NCBI GenBank assembly: GCA_945878605.1
Contig: CAMCTR010000001.1
Span: 1-41,453 of the forward strand
Source of the DNA: Candidatus Methylopumilus universalis
Lineage (GTDB): Bacteria > Pseudomonadota > Gammaproteobacteria > Burkholderiales > Methylophilaceae
Reading direction: 5' to 3'
Length of the DNA: 41,453 nucleotides
Positions within the stretch are counted from its first letter, which is position 1, and every line of letters begins with the position of its first letter. Shown in pieces: positions 38,067 to 41,453 of this stretch. The translations under genes were made by a program, and so were the position numbers. The notes under the pieces are model-generated. The model did not search any database, was not told where the DNA came from, and saw only the letters and a program-made list of their open reading frames with translations.

Positions 38067-39944
38067 TTATTGTGGCAATTTTGGCGTAAACACTAAACGT
38101 ACCCGTGTTCCACCTTTTCTGCGGCGTAATACGGTGATATCCCCACCTAAACTATACGCACGCTCTTTCATAATCTTTTGGCCGTAATGCCCAGTAGCAT
38201 CTGGCATCTCACCATTAACATCTTCTCCCTGCTTTATATCTCGAGCAGCATAACCTATACCATCATCATCAATCGTCACTAAGATGGTGCCACTCGATTG
38301 ATATTCCAAAGTGACCATTGTGCTGGTCGCCCCCGAGTGTCTCACAATATTAGATAGGGCCTCACGAATCACATGCAAAATATGAAACTCTTCATTCACA
38401 GTCAAACGCGCATTCACTAAGCGATTGTCAAGACTAATCGACAAATTCCCACGCTGCGTGAATTCATCAATCGCTGATTGAATCGCAAAGCCCAAACCGC
38501 GCACATCCATATGCACCCTAAATGTAGCGAGTAATTCACGCAATTCACGGTAGGCATTATCCAAGCCATCGCGCAGTTGATTAACAATATCATCCCTTGC
38601 ATCTGCCTGCATGGTGGCCGCAGAAGATGATTGCAAACGCGCAATTTGAATCTTCATGTACGATAGGGATTGCGCTAAGGAGTCATGGAGTTCACGGGCA
38701 AGCGCTGAACGTTCTTCAAGCAACGCAACACGACGCCCTTCTTGCTCACGGCCCTGAAAGCCCATAATCATTGTCAGCAGTTGAGCGGTCAACTCTAGTA
38801 ATTGCGTTTCGGTTTCGTCAAACAGGTGATCCTCGTTTGCCTCTAGAGACAAAATACCCAAGGCCCCAGAAGGACTGGTAAATCCAACTGCTAGTATTTG
38901 TGACTTCACATTTTCAGAACTCTTGCCATAAAAACGCACAAAACTACTGGTCTGCAAATCTGATATAAGCTCATCAGAAAGCTTGAGCGGCTTATGATGA
39001 GAGAATAAAATACGTTCAGCATTCACCTCATCCTCTGTAAAAATTAAAGCTGCATTATTCACATTGAGTGCTTTTTCTAGCGAAAATAAACCTTTGCGTA
39101 ATGCAGTATCACTCAACATGGTGTTGTTGACTGAGTTGACAAATTTAAACAGAAAATCTTGCAAACGAATCATCCGGCGCAGACGCTCGCTGCTGGTTTG
39201 GTTAAACCAATTCGTCTCAGCTTTGAACCCCTCAAGGGATGCTGACATCTCGTAAAGCGCTCGCTCAAGTTCAGCAAACTCGTCGTCATCAACCGCGTCC
39301 ACTCCCTTAATAAATTCATTAGGGATGAAATTTGTCAGCGCATCCAATCGATCAACCAACAAGCGCCTTGCCCCCAATGCGATGCCCCCAAGCAAAGTTA
39401 AAATTAAAAGTAATGCGAGCAACTGCATTAATGAAATGACGGACTGCTTAAGCTCCAAATCTCTTGCAAGTGCAATCCCAAGCTCGTCATAAGCTGCAAT
39501 CACTGCGATGACTGCACTCCGCTGCTGGTCAAAACGAACGTCATGCAAGCGAGCTTCATCAAATCGTACTTGCGCTAAATGAAGCTTTTTAAACGGTACT
39601 GATAGCTTAGGATCGCTTTGCCTATCAAGCCATGCAAGCGCAGGTGAAATATTTTCTAGGTCATGATGTGCTAACACTTGCATTACTGCACCAAAATCAA
39701 TAGGGGCCTTGCCTTGTGAAATTTCTAATTGATATTTCCAAAATTTCTGTTGGTTATTGACCGCCACAATGGCACTTTGGCTATTGGGATTATAATCGAG
39801 CAAAAACAGCGATCCGGCTTGCATCAAAATGACAGAAAATGTGATGCATAGGAGTAATATCATGAGCTTCATGTAAAGCGCATGCTTAAACAATCGCTTA
39901 AAACTATGCAAAAATCGACGTGATTGATGAATTAAATTCAACAC
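38067..39944 (-). CDS. NarX/NarQ-like sensor histidine kinase (2 TM, HAMP-like, GAF-like, HisKA_3, HATPase)
   Basis: ERSALARELHDSLAQSL H-box, REALSNIVRHS N-box, DDGIG, GHYG, GGTRV; TTG start. Confidence 0.93.
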   Translation of the reverse strand: MLNLIHQSRRFLHSFKRLFKHALYMKLMILLLCITFSVILMQAGSLFLLDYNPNSQSAIVAVNNQQKFWKYQLEISQGKAPIDFGAVMQVLAHHDLENISPALAWLDRQSDPKLSVPFKKLHLAQVRFDEARLHDVRFDQQRSAVIAVIAAYDELGIALARDLELKQSVISLMQLLALLLILTLLGGIALGARRLLVDRLDALTNFIPNEFIKGVDAVDDDEFAELERALYEMSASLEGFKAETNWFNQTSSERLRRMIRLQDFLFKFVNSVNNTMLSDTALRKGLFSLEKALNVNNAALIFTEDEVNAERILFSHHKPLKLSDELISDLQTSSFVRFYGKSSENVKSQILAVGFTSPSGALGILSLEANEDHLFDETETQLLELTAQLLTMIMGFQGREQEGRRVALLEERSALARELHDSLAQSLSYMKIQIARLQSSSAATMQADARDDIVNQLRDGLDNAYRELRELLATFRVHMDVRGLGFAIQSAIDEFTQRGNLSISLDNRLVNARLTVNEEFHILHVIREALSNIVRHSGATSTMVTLEYQSSGTILVTIDDDGIGYAARDIKQGEDVNGEMPDATGHYGQKIMKERAYSLGGDITVLRRRKGGTRVRLVFTPKLPQ

Positions 39945-40008
39945 TAGGTCCAGTAAAAAAGCCCAAGCCAGAAGTTGAGTGGCTGGCAGAAATTAAAAAG
40001 GGTTAATA

Positions 40009-41418
40009 ATGAGTTTATATGTTTTTAGCACCGTTGTGCTGAGTATTGTTTTTATGATGGCATTTGGCTCTTGGTGGGTAGAAAGCGCCCCTTTTCGAGT
40101 TCACCTGAGCGCATTAATCATGGTCGCGATTACCGTACTTAGCATTATTCTGATGATTGCTATTTACCCAACCCTTAAGCGCCACAACAATGCTAAACGA
40201 AGAGTCAACACACTAGACACCAGCACATGGGCAACAGACGTCTCTTCTAATCTGTCCACGCCAGCAGCAGTCATTAAAGGTTACAACGTCGTATTTGCGA
40301 ATAAGGCTTTTTTGGCTGAGCTCGGCATGCAAGGCTTAAGTGATCAGATTGTTGGCATGCCAATTACCAATATTATTCACTCTAGTGACCATCAACATTT
40401 AGCCGTGCTTTTTTCACAAGGCGCGCTCCAGCAAGAAAATAATGAAAGTATGAAATTACGGTTTTTATCGCTAGATGGCACCATTTTACCAGCATATATC
40501 ACCCTTTCTCCGCTAGAAGCTGAAAGCAGCTCAGATTTGAATCTACTCCAATTCTCCTCTAACTCACTTCAAAACATGCAAGAATTTGTTTACGTGGACT
40601 CATCCAACCACCAATATCTCATCAATGAAATCGAACAAGTAGTATTCCACTTAAACGTCAACCAGCAGATCATCTTTCTCAATCAATCTTGGGAATCACA
40701 GCTGGATTACAAAGTGCAAGACAGTCTCAACAGAACCCTACTTTCATTTATACATCCGGAAGATAGGCCGCTTGCGGAAGCCCGCATCAATTCGCTCATT
40801 CAGGGTAAGCGCAATAAGTCTTCTGTAGAAATTAGGCTAATTAGTCGCGATGGCGAATCGCACTGGATGGAGCTACGCGCTAAAAATACCAGCGCTTACA
40901 AAGGTGAACGCTCTAGCGTGATTGGCACCCTCACCGACATTAGCCATATTAAAGCCACTGAAGCTAGTCTGCGAAGCAATCGTCATCTGCTCACCACACT
41001 CATTAATAACACCGCCGGGATGATGTATCGCTGTAAAAATGACCAGCACTGGAGTTTTGAGTTTGTGAGCGACGGCTGTGTTGAAGTGACAGGCTACGAG
41101 CCTTACGAAATGATTAACAATCCTAACTTTTCGTACATGCAAATCATCCATTCAGATGACCGCCAACCGACTTGGGAAGTGGTACAACGCAATGTGAGCA
41201 ATCAACAAAAGTTCCAAGTCATCTACCGCATCGTCAATCGCTCTGGCGCGGTTAAATGGGTATGGGAGCAGGGCAAAGGCGTATTCTCAAGCTCAGGTGA
41301 ATTGCTCGCACTAGAAGGTTTTATTACCGACATCAGCAATCATGACCAACCTGAGATTTTAGAAGCCTTTCAAGCACTATTTTTTAACCCAAGTAGCGCA
41401 TCAGCCAAGTTAACCTAA
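40009..41418 (+). CDS. Membrane-anchored multi-PAS protein without an output domain
   Basis: Two N-terminal TM helices; three PAS/PAC units (IIHSSD, FIHPED, IIHSDD; GTLTDIS, GFITDIS); stop about 30 aa after the last PAC. Confidence 0.88.
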   Translation: MSLYVFSTVVLSIVFMMAFGSWWVESAPFRVHLSALIMVAITVLSIILMIAIYPTLKRHNNAKRRVNTLDTSTWATDVSSNLSTPAAVIKGYNVVFANKAFLAELGMQGLSDQIVGMPITNIIHSSDHQHLAVLFSQGALQQENNESMKLRFLSLDGTILPAYITLSPLEAESSSDLNLLQFSSNSLQNMQEFVYVDSSNHQYLINEIEQVVFHLNVNQQIIFLNQSWESQLDYKVQDSLNRTLLSFIHPEDRPLAEARINSLIQGKRNKSSVEIRLISRDGESHWMELRAKNTSAYKGERSSVIGTLTDISHIKATEASLRSNRHLLTTLINNTAGMMYRCKNDQHWSFEFVSDGCVEVTGYEPYEMINNPNFSYMQIIHSDDRQPTWEVVQRNVSNQQKFQVIYRIVNRSGAVKWVWEQGKGVFSSSGELLALEGFITDISNHDQPEILEAFQALFFNPSSASAKLT

Positions 41419-41453
41419 GCCATAAATTCAGCACAGCAAAAAGGGCGCCTAGG

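Noticed and set aside
37388-39944. Assigning narX/narL gene symbols
   Set aside because: No P-box and no nitrate-respiration genes nearby; family-level call only.

Overview
About 41 kb from a Methylophilaceae-like betaproteobacterial methylotroph, inferred from close similarity (recalled, not aligned) of the TMADH and ETF proteins to the Methylophilus methylotrophus enzymes. Left to right: (1) the 3' part of a retinal-synthesis cassette (crtI-crtB-crtY-blh); (2) an MFS transporter and a cupin, followed by a tRNA 3'-half remnant with paired short repeats; (3) a trimethylamine module: APC permease, tmd, a globin lacking the proximal His, a FadF/EtfD-type membrane Fe-S oxidoreductase, a HEAT/LRV-repeat protein and etfBA; (4) a divergent operon: truncated haemoglobin, DMT transporter, winged-helix protein and a 38-aa peptide; (5) folE2-ribBX; (6) an amine permease flanked by five small membrane proteins; (7) the complete N-methylglutamate pathway (mgdABCD-gmaS-mgsABC) with an XRE-cupin regulator and a GNAT; (8) fae-like, hutD and hutG; (9) a NarX/NarL-like pair with a divergent PAS-only protein. 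The main unannotated signals are a recurring tandem 7-2-7 operator that suggests a TMA regulon, two missed small membrane ORFs, and two structured intergenic RNA candidates. All calls come from reading motifs by eye; no searches were run.
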